A stretch of 64,000 nucleotides of DNA from Botryllus schlosseri. Its lineage: Eukaryota. Below, in pieces: positions 1 to 14,161 of this stretch; position 1 is the stretch's first letter, and every line of letters starts with the position of its first letter. Under the pieces are notes generated by a model that made no database searches, had not been told where the DNA came from, and worked only from the letters and a program-made list of their open reading frames with translations. Made by a program: the position numbers and the translations under genes. The stretch spans positions 29,762,001-29,826,000 of the forward strand of contig CM119372.1 in assembly GCA_051294905.1 (NCBI GenBank), read 5' to 3'.

Positions 1-183
1 TATGAGTCACAATTCCTAATAAATCAAGACCTGTGACAAATCAAAGCAACATAATTCTTAATAAACGCGAATGGTAAGGCAGAGTCACAATTTGGAATTG
101 TCTTTAGGTGACAGTCTAAAGAACTTGCAATATTATATCAGATCAAAACTTACCTACTACCAGAGGTGTTCCTGAATTGGTTA

Positions 184-3421
<3,238 letters not shown>

Positions 3422-3623
3422 GATCAGCTACAGTCAAATTTTCAGAAAATCTTTAGGAATTAAAATTTCAGCTAGAAATGAGAAGTATTCGTCGTTAGCT
3501 ACTCAATACCTCCCTAAAAGCGTAGAATCGCGCTTAACCGTATACCACGAGGCGAGAAAGAATCAAAAAGAAATCTACCACATCACCACGCCACCGTATA
3601 TTTATTTCAACACAGCAGACGAG

Positions 3624-3669
3624 CGGAAGCGTGAGCTTTTCTTATGGTCGGCTTTCATCGATGACGTCA
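3624..3669. promoter_or_regulatory. Candidate DDX5 promoter elements: ETS-type CGGAAG and perfect CRE TGACGTCA
   Basis: CGGAAG at 3624-3629 and palindromic TGACGTCA at 3662-3669, about 200-250 bp upstream of the ATG. Motif match only. Confidence 0.4.
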
Positions 3670-4039
3670 AATATTATCATATTCATCCGCGCTAACATTT
3701 GCAGTAATTTCTCTCTTATTTTCACCCTTGCTTTGTTACAGAAATATATTGCATGTTTCGTTCATAATTTAGGTTAAACAACCATATGCGGTCCTGTTTT
3801 GATGCATCACTCAGGCACAAATGATAATTGACAATAATTCCAGTCATCAGAAAACTCGCCGTAGTGCTAAATAGGCATGAAGCAGCAGACTGACGTGATC
3901 ATCAGCAACATCATAAACCGTGAATCAATCGCCTTTTTCTCAAAGCAATCTTGAATATTTCCAATCGCATTTTTATCATTTCGAAACATTATAATCTTGC
4001 AATTAAATTTAGGGTTGAGAAAATATTGAAACGATTCTG

Positions 4040-4425
4040 TAAAATCTATCGGTGAAACATCCATAACAGTACTGAATGATCGTTATTGGGTTATATTTTT
4101 CATCTGAACAAGTCACACACAATGTACAATGCGATAAGACACGCATGCAGTTGCGATCCTTTTAATCTAACATCCACCTCGGCCTAGAGTGCCCGGTGCC
4201 GCAGTTCTTTTCGATGTTGATGTTTTTGAAGCCGCAGCCCTTTCTACTAGTTCTTTCCATTCCTTGTGAGTGCTGCTTTCCTTCGTCGAATCTTTTTCTG
4301 GGCTTTTTTGTCGCCGTAAGAACGGCAACGGCGGGGGAAAGAGGAGTTCAGATAAACCTCCGACGGGAATCGAACCGGTCCGCCAGATTGGTGGGCGCTT
4401 ATCGTTACCACTACGTTATCTCCTC
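4040..4425 (-). mobile_element. tRNA-derived SINE-like element / putative Pol III unit, copy 1
   Basis: Minus-strand head GGAGATAACGTAGTGGT (A box) ... GGTTCGATTCCCG (B box) at 4425-4357 resembles tRNA-Asp/Gly, but the acceptor stem does not pair. The body aligns with 63177-63530. Confidence 0.6.
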
Positions 4426-5394
4426 TCTTTTTCTTATTGAAGTATTGCAAAACAGAAGCAATTCGAAACGACTTAAGAGCTCCAATAAATAAATAATTCA
4501 GTAAACGTGACACAGGGGCTCATAAACGTGATGCAAACTTATTAGCCTAAAAAACAACTTTTTACTTTTCGAAATTCAAAGTAAGAAAAGTTGTTTCAAA
4601 CAAAGTGTTCTAAACAACCATTTGTTTTAAATGCAACTCTAGGGGGCACTACCATTCCACCGTTGTGACGTACGCCCAAGGTATACCATGAACTCTCTAC
4701 TACGCAGAGAGCACGATCGAGTCAAACTTCTAAATCAATTTGAAATTTGATGTTTTTATCTAATCAACGGAGCAGCAATCAACCTCTTGCATTTTGGAAT
4801 GAATTCCAATATATTTTATATTTGATATGAACGGAGCTTCATTCACATTCTAAGTTTTGACGAATTCAGTTATTCTAATTTTAATATAATTCGGTAAAAC
4901 ATGTGGAGCTATAATTCTAATTCTAATCTAATTTGAAGAAATCGTGTAGCTATAAGTTTACTTCTAATCAAAATTCTAAAAACCTGCAAAAGATAATTAG
5001 ATTCTAATCTCATTTATAAAGAAATGAAATTTTTCTCGCGTTTGGGAACTCTGGAATGAATGCCCGAAGTAAGAGTGTCTGATTTTGACCCTTTCCGGCT
5101 GTTTACCTGTTGATTGTTCATCATCACTCTTTTCATTCTATTCCTTATTGTATTCGTCCTTCTTCGTGCTATTCTTCGAATTTTTTTTAAGATGCCGTGA
5201 AAGAACAGCGACACAGGGAAGGAGGAGCCCTGAGAAACCTTATATCATCACTGCGTCAAGTACAAGTACAAGTCATAGTGTTCACTTTTCAGTTTCGAGC
5301 TCAAAGTTGAAATATAGAGTAGGCCTATAGTAATTTCGTTGTCGAAGTCGTCGAGTAACTTATAACGGAATATATCTATATCTTGGTATAATAG

Positions 5395-5530
5395 TAGGGT
5401 TATCATGCGTCCTCTTTTAAGTGGATTTGTCCTCTTTTTTGACTTTATTGAAAGTGTCTTCGGATGATGCCTAAATGTTCTTTTTTTTAGAATTTTCCCT
5501 CTTTTTCGAAGATTTTGGTTAAATTTTTCC
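5395..5530 (+). mobile_element. Truncated left end of a hAT-type MITE (same family as 12394-12758)
   Basis: TAGGGTTATCATGCGTCCTCTTTT plus GTCCTCTTTTT subterminal repeats align with 12394 onward. Confidence 0.55.
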
Positions 5531-5596
5531 GTGCTCGCAGACTTTGATAGCAGTGCGTGCGCAGACGCGCAGCTCAGAGGGAACATTATATACAAT

Positions 5597-6190
5597 CAGA
5601 CCGTATCTGACGCACGACAAACCCCCTAATTGGGCGGCGCCCGAGTTCGGAGGGGGCCCAAAATAATTCCGCGAAAAGAGTTTTTTTTGGGGGGACTTTA
5701 TGCAACTTTTCTAAAATGACCATATATTTTGTTATTGGGCACCCTTCCGCGAGAAAAAATACTCATGATTTTAAGAAATGGGCATTTCGGCGTTGGCTAT
5801 TACTGCGCCACGACGCACCGAGACATATAAAGTTTTAGGCTATGTAACATTTGACTCCGAGTGTGCCAGTACGATCGGCAGCGAAAAAAACCTTGGCCTA
5901 TGCCCTATATGCTGACCAAAAACTTCGATATATAATATAGGCCTATACATACATCGATACATGTTTAATTGTTCATATGTGCCAAATTGCTGGAGCCGAA
6001 TGTTCCTGTCCTGACATCTGAACCCCACAAGATAAATGCCATTCCTCAGGGAAAAATTATTTGCTAGTGAAGAAATATCAATTTAGTACGCTTGGACGAA
6101 TTCAATATATTCTGACATAGCAGAAGTATAACTAACACGACATAACATCTTGTAACGTAGTCATTATACCAACGGGTCCGCCAGAAGCTC
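5597..6190 (+). repeat. Dispersed repeat homologous to the left part of the 31904-33526 element
   Basis: Shared blocks with 31925-32500, e.g. GGGGGCCCAAAAT, TTGGCTATTAC.GCGCCACGAC, CCGAATGTTCCTGTC, TGAAGAAATA.CAATTT. Confidence 0.7.
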
Positions 6191-6402
6191 ACACTGGCCA
6201 ACAAAAAATTTCATCATGGTAGGTGAGAACGATTTTAGGGTAAATCGGGAGCGCTGGGCTCGAAAATGGCATTGGTTTCTGCAGATTGGCTGTTTTCCAG
6301 ATATCACCTAATTTGGACGTTTTTGTTTTTATTTTTTTTTGAAATTTTATTCAGCCTAGGTCGCATTCTATCCGAACAGTCTATATATTAAATGTTTTAG
6401 TA

Positions 6403-7123
6403 CAGTGGTTCCCAACCTTTTTCGTCTCGTGCCCCCCTTGGCCGATATTTGAACGAAAATTCCCCCCTATGAAAAAGTTGACGGTGACTAAAAAATGTGC
6501 TTTTTAACGCGCAACCATTTGTTGACTGAGCAATTAATGGCCAAACAAATTCAAATATGTCCAAACTATGTCGAATGCGGACGCACTAAACCTTGGTAAA
6601 GTATACATCAGTTAAATTTGACCGGTCATGTATAGCCGCTGACGAAAAATAAATCAACAAGTCCGCTTGCTATGGACTTGAGTTGAATCGATGAATTTGG
6701 TATGTTTTTCACGTTAGCTCATATGTTGGCTTAAAAAGATAAACAATTTCACTAGCGGCCTTCTTGCTGAATTCGACTTGACGTTTTCCTGCTTAGTAGT
6801 AGTTTGGTCGAGAGGCTGTCGAGGGCCCAACGAAATCGTCTCGTGAGCCTCACTTTATCATGAGGTGTAATATCTACGGAAGGCATTTAAACATATACAC
6901 CTAGCTTGAAATCCGCCAAAGAAACATACAATTCGTAAGAACTGATTTCTACTTAACAATTTTATACCATAAAATCTAAAAACCTCGTGAACCCAGTGTA
7001 GGCCTATCTTCCGATAAAATGCCATAAAGCCAGATTACCCCTAAAAAATTTAAGCCAGATTCCCCTCTAAAAATTTCAAAATTCCCCCCAAGGGGGGAAT
7101 TTCCCCCCGGTTGGGAACCGCTG
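6403..7123. mobile_element. Non-autonomous hAT (Charlie/Buster-type) MITE
   Basis: TIRs CAGTGGTTCCCAACC / GGTTGGGAACCGCTG; perfect 8-bp TSD TTTTAGTA. Confidence 0.9.
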
Positions 7124-7664
7124 TTTTAGTAGGTCCATCTGTACTCAACCACGGGGATGTGAGAAATGTAAAACACAATTGTAAACACAGACGAAATAGA
7201 CAAGCAAGCAATATTTTTGTTTACCAATAAACCGCATTCAAATCTTCTCGTAGAAATAAATCAATATCGGGATGGACATTATTGAAGTTCTTAGATGTAA
7301 CTCCTGTTATTAACTCAAATTAGCCTATATTCATCTGCAGGAAAGTCCTCTTGTACGATTTTGATGGGAACAGCAGATTCGCAATAGGCAGCTGGCGCAG
7401 TAATCAGTCATAATGTGAGCATCCCAACTATCTTGAAGTTTTAGCCTATAACGCTAGCGGAACGTTTGCGGTCCCCGGCGTTGATCTTGATATCCAAACG
7501 CCATAACAAAGTAATCCTTGTAAGTGCACTTGGTGACATTTCAGGCCATTACGACACTTTTTCTGTCTCGCAACATCACTCATTTTCTTAGCATACTTAC
7601 CAATGAATTGAAATTTCTGAAAATGTTAGCACGGGACAGTATCTAATATTTAACAGCGTCGGAG

Positions 7665-7895
7665 AGCGTGTTAATTTTGAGCCCACCAATGATTGGTCAT
7701 TAGTGGTGCGATTTTTTGACATGTAAAAAAAAGTCAAAATTAGGTAAAAATTGTAGCGATAGGTCAAAAAATGAAAAAAAAAATGAAATTTTTTGACCTA
7801 ACGCTACAATTTTGACCTAATTTTGATTTTTTTTACATGTCAAAAAATCGCCCTACTGCTCATGACCACCAATCATCAGTGAGCTCAAATTTAAC
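7665..7895. repeat. Palindromic (fold-back) MITE whose right tip is displaced to 11297-11309 by a later insertion
   Basis: About 110-bp arms are reverse complements (GCGATTTTTTGACATGTAAAAAAA / TTTTTTTACATGTCAAAAAATCGC). Left tip AGCGTG is matched by CACGCT at 11304-11309. Confidence 0.75.
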
Positions 7896-8349
7896 CAGAG
7901 GTGGTCAAAGTAGTCAAGAAAGCTACTTAAGTAGAAGTAGCAACGAAAAAAATCTGCTCAAGTACGAGTAGAAGTACTTCTTCCATAAGCTACCTAAAAC
8001 TACTTGAAGTAGAAGTAGAATTGATTGACTTTAAATCTACTCAAGTAAGTAAGTAGTTGTGTAAACGATCGTAATTCGTTTGCATGGATTGTCAAAAGGT
8101 GCAAATTGAGCTATGCGAAAGGTGCCGAGCTTGATTCATATTGATGCATACCAGGAGGTATTCAATTTTTGACAGCATAAGCATTTGTCCGCATCATGGG
8201 ATGAAAATGATAGTATTGATATGGAAATGCGAAGCCAATCCTCTGTTTATTCGAACAGTACGCTTTAGAAAATAACATGGCATGACGCCTCCCCCATATT
8301 ATAAGGCCCATAGTTTAGTCGAAAAGCAATACGGAGAAGTAGTATAGGA

Positions 8350-9499
8350 CAGTGGTTCTCAACCTTCTTCATCTCGCGGACCGGTAAAATTTCAAAAAAT
8401 GTCTGGCGGACTGGTCAACTTTCAAAATTGAAATGAAGGCAAAATGTAAAGTATGCAACAGTTTTTTTGCAAATATTTGGTGCTAGAGAGTGGCATTTAG
8501 AGGGTTTTGATCGTAATTGATTATCTTCATGATGGCATCCATGTGATTTCATGGTAGTGAGTCTGCTGAGTCGAGGTAAAATTGCCTTGACTAGATAAAC
8601 GTGCTACCGCCGAGAGTCGTTTACAGTCTTTCGCGCCGAAGGCCGGAGATTTAACCGACCACGTCAACTCGAATAATATTCTTCTCTTTGAAAATATCGA
8701 GAGGGGAAGCGTTTCAGAGTCGAACCAAGCACCCTGTCGTGCTATGGCTTGTTCATTGCCCACTGTCACCATGCGCAGGCTACTCTGGCAACTACGAATA
8801 CAATGCGTGCCGCAAGAAAACACCTTACAGCAGCTATACGGGCCACCCGCAAATCCGGGCCGAAAAAGCACTTCGTCTGCCCACCCCAAAAACGTTGGTC
8901 TTGTGCCCCCACACGTAAACCAGCCTTCCGGGGGCTTCGCCCCCACACCCTATTGTTGGGTGGATGTTTTCATCTGTACTTGTGAGCACATTCATTCTAC
9001 TCAGTGTAAGCAGAGCGTTTATGTAGCTTAATCGCGCAAATAGCGAACATTCTCAATCATTTTTGACTGAATCAATTTTCTCGCTACCAAATATATGGCA
9101 CACCTTTCGGAGTCCCATGCTAGCCCAAACTTCATTATGTACGTCGTGGCGCGGTAATGGCTGACGCTGAAATTCTTATTTCTAGAAATCATGCGTATTT
9201 CTCGGAGAAGGGTACCTAATAAGCAAGACATTTAGTGACACTAAATCGCGCAAGGCGAAAAAAGAAATTGAAAAAGGTTGGAAAAAGTTTCAAAATAAAA
9301 TACGCTATGATTTATGTTCATTTCCAAAATATAATTTTGGGCCTTTTTCAAGCTCGGCCCTCTTCAATTGGGTCGTTTGGGGCCCAAGTTATGGCCCTCC
9401 ACAAAATGAATGAATCGAAAATGAATGATCGCGCAAACTGTGCTGTTTAACGATGAGGCAGCTCGTATCTGTCCGCGGACCGGTGGTTGAGAACCACTG
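8350..9499. mobile_element. Nested hAT (Charlie/Buster-type) MITE
   Basis: TIRs CAGTGGTTCTCAACC / GGTTGAGAACCACTG; perfect TSD GTATAGGA. Confidence 0.9.
8856..9362. mobile_element. Degenerate CAGGGCCG-family MITE nested inside 8350-9499
   Basis: 8856-8950 is the reverse-complement homolog of 33420-33526. Possible right end CGGCCCTC at about 9362. No TSD verified. Confidence 0.45.
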
Positions 9500-9732
9500 G
9501 TATAGGATACGGTGAAGACACTTTGCGCGATTACTAAACGTGAATAAAAAATATGGTGGATCGTAAAAATGCCATATTGCGTAGCTTTATTTCTGGAAAT
9601 TAAAGGCATTACTAGGCCTACACTTGCTTTTATACTTCAACATGTATGTTATCCAGACAAAAGAACTCAAAGTATATGATACTGGGAATTGAAAGTGAAA
9701 TATAAATACTACTCATATATGCGGAAAATGTA

Positions 9733-10694
9733 GGGGAGATGTGGTACCGATGGATCACTGGGACCGAAAATACTTTGAAAATTCTCTATGATAATTCCAT
9801 GATTACACTCAGTGAACTTGTCTACAATTGCATGCTGGAGAAATCTTTACTTACATACAAAAAAATTCGACGTGCGCGAGCTATGGGGTCTCTCACAGAT
9901 GTTTTTTTGTTTTGGGGGTGTAAAGTAAATTTATATCGACATATGCATTTTTCTTTGTAACCTTCAACACGAACAAACCAGCAATCATTTTTATTGTGAA
10001 GTGTAGGGCTTGTATCAGGCTATTTAATTGCACCTATCATTTTTTTCACTTCTTTCATTGAGTGGAATTTTTTTCGATTCATGTATAAAATTCGTAGGGT
10101 GGGGACCGATGATACAATAGCCAAATCAAGCAAAATAATCAAGCATACTAATCATGAAACAAATGAAACTTGCCTACGTACAGAAAATCTTTATGTAATA
10201 ATTGCCTATGATGTTTTATCGCTATAACGAGGTATTTGGAAGTCACACTGTCGATTTTCGGGCAATATGTATGTACCCTCAAATTTATAAGTCCGAGCCT
10301 AAATCGAAACGTGATTTTATGACAACATTTGAGTTAATATTTATTCTATTTTTTTACGGTTGCGATCAAACATTCTCTTTTGGCTTGCTGTAGCTTAGAT
10401 TATAATAGTGAGCTAGAAAAGTTGTCACATCTGAGTTTTTTGGGGTATATGTGTCATAGGTCCCCGGGTCGTGTGCCATTGGACCCACCGGGTAGGGACC
10501 AATGACACGTTCGAGCAACAAATTTTAAACGTCCATAAATATTTTTTGAAAAGACGGATTTTCATGTATATGTGCGCGATAGGTAGAGCTTGTATCAAAG
10601 TGCTGAGTCAGCAAAAGATCTGCTGTTTTCGGCTGAACATTTTGGGGCCAGCGATCATTTTCCAATTTTTGATCCATCGGTACCACATCTCCCC
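9733..10694. mobile_element. TA-targeting (Tc1/mariner/pogo-like) MITE with GG...CC termini
   Basis: 25-bp perfect TIR GGGGAGATGTGGTACCGATGGATCA, flanked by TA on both sides, with internal repeats of the TIR core. Confidence 0.88.
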
Positions 10695-12393
10695 TATTTC
10701 ATGTCTTTCGTCCAGAAAGTTTCAAAGGGGGTATGCTAAAACAGTTCTGAAACTAAAAAAAAGTCGGAGTCCACTTTTCCAGTAGGACACGCTATGGACT
10801 GCTAGATTACGATATGATAAGTAAACGCTAGAGTGCGAAACATCAGTTTCAAACGTTATGATGAGCCATATATACTGTGCTGAAATATTTCATGTGGGCG
10901 AAGGGCGACAATGCGGAGTGAACGGAACCACGCCAACCCGCTATACCTAAATTATATTCACCGATACTTTTGTGAAATCATGCTAGTTACTCCGTATCCA
11001 CTGAGCGCGAAGCGCGTTGAAAATTCTGGTCTTTACTCAACGTTTATGAAAATTAGATGTTGATACTCCTTTGAAACAGCCCCGAAATCCCTCAGGCTAT
11101 CTTCCTGATTGGAGGATTAAACTACTTCTATTTGACAAACTGAAAATAGCGTTAAGTAAGGAAGTAGATCACAAAATATTATGAAGTAGAAGTAGAAGTA
11201 GCAAAAATCAGATCTACTTGAGTAAGTACCAGAAGTAGAGGAAAACTACTTGAGTATTTCGAAAAAGTAGAAATACTTCGTTACTGACCACCTCTGAAAT
11301 TATCACGCTGCTTTATAGGCCCACCGTTGTAGACGGCCCATTATCTGATCATTTGTGAATCATAAACATACAAATGAAACAAATCGGTTGGCATGGTGTT
11401 AGGCTCAACATATCGCAATATCCCAACTGAAGCAAGACTGTGTGAGCATCGCATGTGTTCTTATATCATGAAGCGCATGATGAAAAATTGTGACGTAGAC
11501 ACCAGCAGTGCCAGAATGAAGCAACAAGGTTTCAGGTATGCAACTGGGATATTTCGGAAAAACCCATATATGGACGCTAAATAAACCCAGAAAAAACAGC
11601 TGATCCTATATTTCACTCAAATTTCTGTGAGATATAGCTGTGAAACTGTAAATGGACGGTCATGAATTACAGTCATACAGTCGTAAACATAAGTTTTAGC
11701 CCTTGATATTCAAATTCCAACAATTATACTAAATATTTTGCTCGGTTAACACTGCAAATCCCACAAGAATGTTGTTTTTCACTCGACTCATTGCTATGAA
11801 ACAATTGGTGCGCGGCGTCAATAATAGAAAGTGTGATCTGTAACATATCATCGTGCTGCGAATGTTCATAACCATGCCATTTCCCATCTCTGAGGGTGAC
11901 TTTCAGTTACCTGACCAGGTTGAAAGTATAGCTTTCGGTTGCATAATTCTGGGACAATCACTTTTATTTGGGATAATGTGACAGGCCTATGTTTTGTCGA
12001 ACAATATAGGCTACTACTAAATCAAGAAATCCAGCGTATATTCCAATGTGCTGATAACCAACCCCGCTGAAGTACTTGCTGGAGGTGTCCAAATTGTCTC
12101 TCTTCGAGTATCCGTGTTTTAAATAAATATACTCACAAAACAATGATATATATAGTAGTAGGATCAACATCCAACGCTGTAGCAAGTTTCAAGATCACCC
12201 CTAACTGACTATAGGATACTTAATTTCATTATCAAAGGCGAGTAGCCTATGCCTATCTAAAAGTGTGCTAATATGGCATCTAACCTACGACAGTAAGATT
12301 GTTGCGAATGACCAAAACTGCTAGAAGCAGTTAAACAATGGAAAACGGGAGTTGCCGTTCCAGTCACATTCGATAGTTCAAGCATAGCTATCA

Positions 12394-12758
12394 TAGGCTT
12401 ACCATACGTCCTCTTTTTTGACTTTTTTTAAAGTGTCCTCGGAGGACGACCTTTTGTCGTCTTTTTTGAGATTTTATCCTCTTTTTTGAAAATTTAGGTC
12501 AGATTTAGAGCAAATTGCGAGTGATATGCCGTAACTTAGTACATAAGTGACGCTCCGGAGGGTATTACGGAGCGAAAAACGCTATATTGAGCTCCGAGCG
12601 GAAAGATGACCTTTTTTTTGTTTTTTGTTGTTGTTTTAGTCAACCGGTCACAAAGTGGGAAAATTTCACCGGTTTTTGAGAATTCTACTCCGGTTTTGCA
12701 AGTCTCAAATTTCTGAAAAAATGTCCTCTTTTTAGATTTCCAAAATATGGTAAGCCTG
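12394..12758. mobile_element. hAT-type MITE (Blackjack/Tip100-like ends)
   Basis: TIRs TAGGCTTACCATA / TATGGTAAGCCTG; perfect TSD AGCTATCA. Confidence 0.88.
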
Positions 12759-14161
12759 AGCTATCAGGGATACCTAGATACCCCTTATAGCAATTTACAG
12801 TGTATATATTCTCATTTATATTTATTTCCGAATCAGTGCGACAGTAGCTTGCGATCAAGACCAGATTCAGTAAATTATGCGCTCTGGAAGAAAACTTTTG
12901 GAGCCAGAAATCCTACAGTCGCTGCCCCAAAACAATTCTGAATAAAGCCTCAGCGAAGAGGAACGAAGCCGCAAAATCGATCGTTGCGAGGACGTATGGT
13001 AAGCCTATGTTATATGACTTGGTCGATACAATAAGAATAGGTTGGATTGTCGTAGATGACTTTGCATAACCCAAAGAATGGCATAACCAACAGCACCTTT
13101 GCCTCATGTGGTGAACTTCGAGCCAGCCTTCGATGTTGTGAACTTCGAGCCAGTAGTTGTAATATGATCTTTGCTCCCGATAGAATTGATCCGTTAAGTA
13201 GCAAATGAAGCGCAACGGCGAAGCATTTAACGCATTGGGATCGCGCATGGCGATTGTGCTGTCGATATGTAAATAGCGAATAATTTTTCTCGTATATTAC
13301 AACTATACTTATGATTGGCTTACGAAGGATGGCTTGTTACGTCTGCACTGTCGATTTTTAGCTAGTTTGCAGTCAGTAGTGAGGACGCGCTAACGATTCC
13401 GATCGAGGAAATCACTTCACTTAATATATGACCGTGCATGCGCGTTTTGATACCCTGTTATTTATAGACATATTATGTATTTTTACTGGAGCTACATGAG
13501 GTGAAAAAGTAGAACAGGTGCAGGTGCAGGGGTATGGTAGTGTAAGGGTAGTATCCTAGTACATTGTACACAGTAACCTGGGTCAAACGCAAATTCAAAT
13601 TCAGACGGAGGGGGTTTACCCATTGTGGTTTCTGATTTTTGTGATTGGCGCCCCGCTTGGTATTCCTTATTGAAACCGTACTAATGAACGAATTGCTGGA
13701 TACCAAGGGGTCAGTATACCAGGTGTAGCGCATAAGCCAACAATCCGAATTCCAACTTTTCTATATCACCGACATATCACGGAATGCCATTGAATTTCAA
13801 TGCTGGTAAATGCAAGGGAGGAATATTAGTCAGGGATGGTCATGGTCATATTTATTATCTGCGTAATATGTAGCCTGAAGATAGGCTGCTGTTTTTCGAA
13901 TTAGCATTTATCAGCTAGTTTATTAGTAGGCCAATGTTGATTATGACTTATCAGAACTTCAGAAGGGAGGCATATATATACTCGATAAATTCATACCATT
14001 CATGCAGAATAACTTATGTTTTACAGCGCCAGCACAATGCCAAGCATGTACATAAAATGATTATCGTAATTATATCAAGTATTAAAAATTGGTTGCTAGT
14101 GGAAAAGTTTTCTGTTTCGTGACTACCAGCTACCTGCTTGGTTGTGAAAGGTTAGCAGTGC

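Larger units (their letters stand above)
7896..11296. mobile_element. Non-autonomous hAT element with AGTAGAAGTA subterminal repeats, carrying nested insertions
   Basis: TIRs CAGAGGTGGTCA / TGACCACCTCTG; degenerate 8-bp TSD AATTTAAC / AAATTATC. Confidence 0.75.

Noticed and set aside
4357..4425. Functional tRNA gene
   Set aside because: A and B boxes are present but the acceptor and anticodon stems do not pair, and homology to 63177 onward continues about 300 nt past the tRNA-like part.
7254..7519. Exon-like segments (7254-7295, 7341-7519) of a possible plus-strand pseudogene
   Set aside because: Splice-like ends exist, but the best frame has two TAA stops, phases do not join, and I recognise no protein.
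11393..13248. Short ORFs and donor-like sites upstream of SCAP
   Set aside because: No recognisable homology or consistent exon chain.
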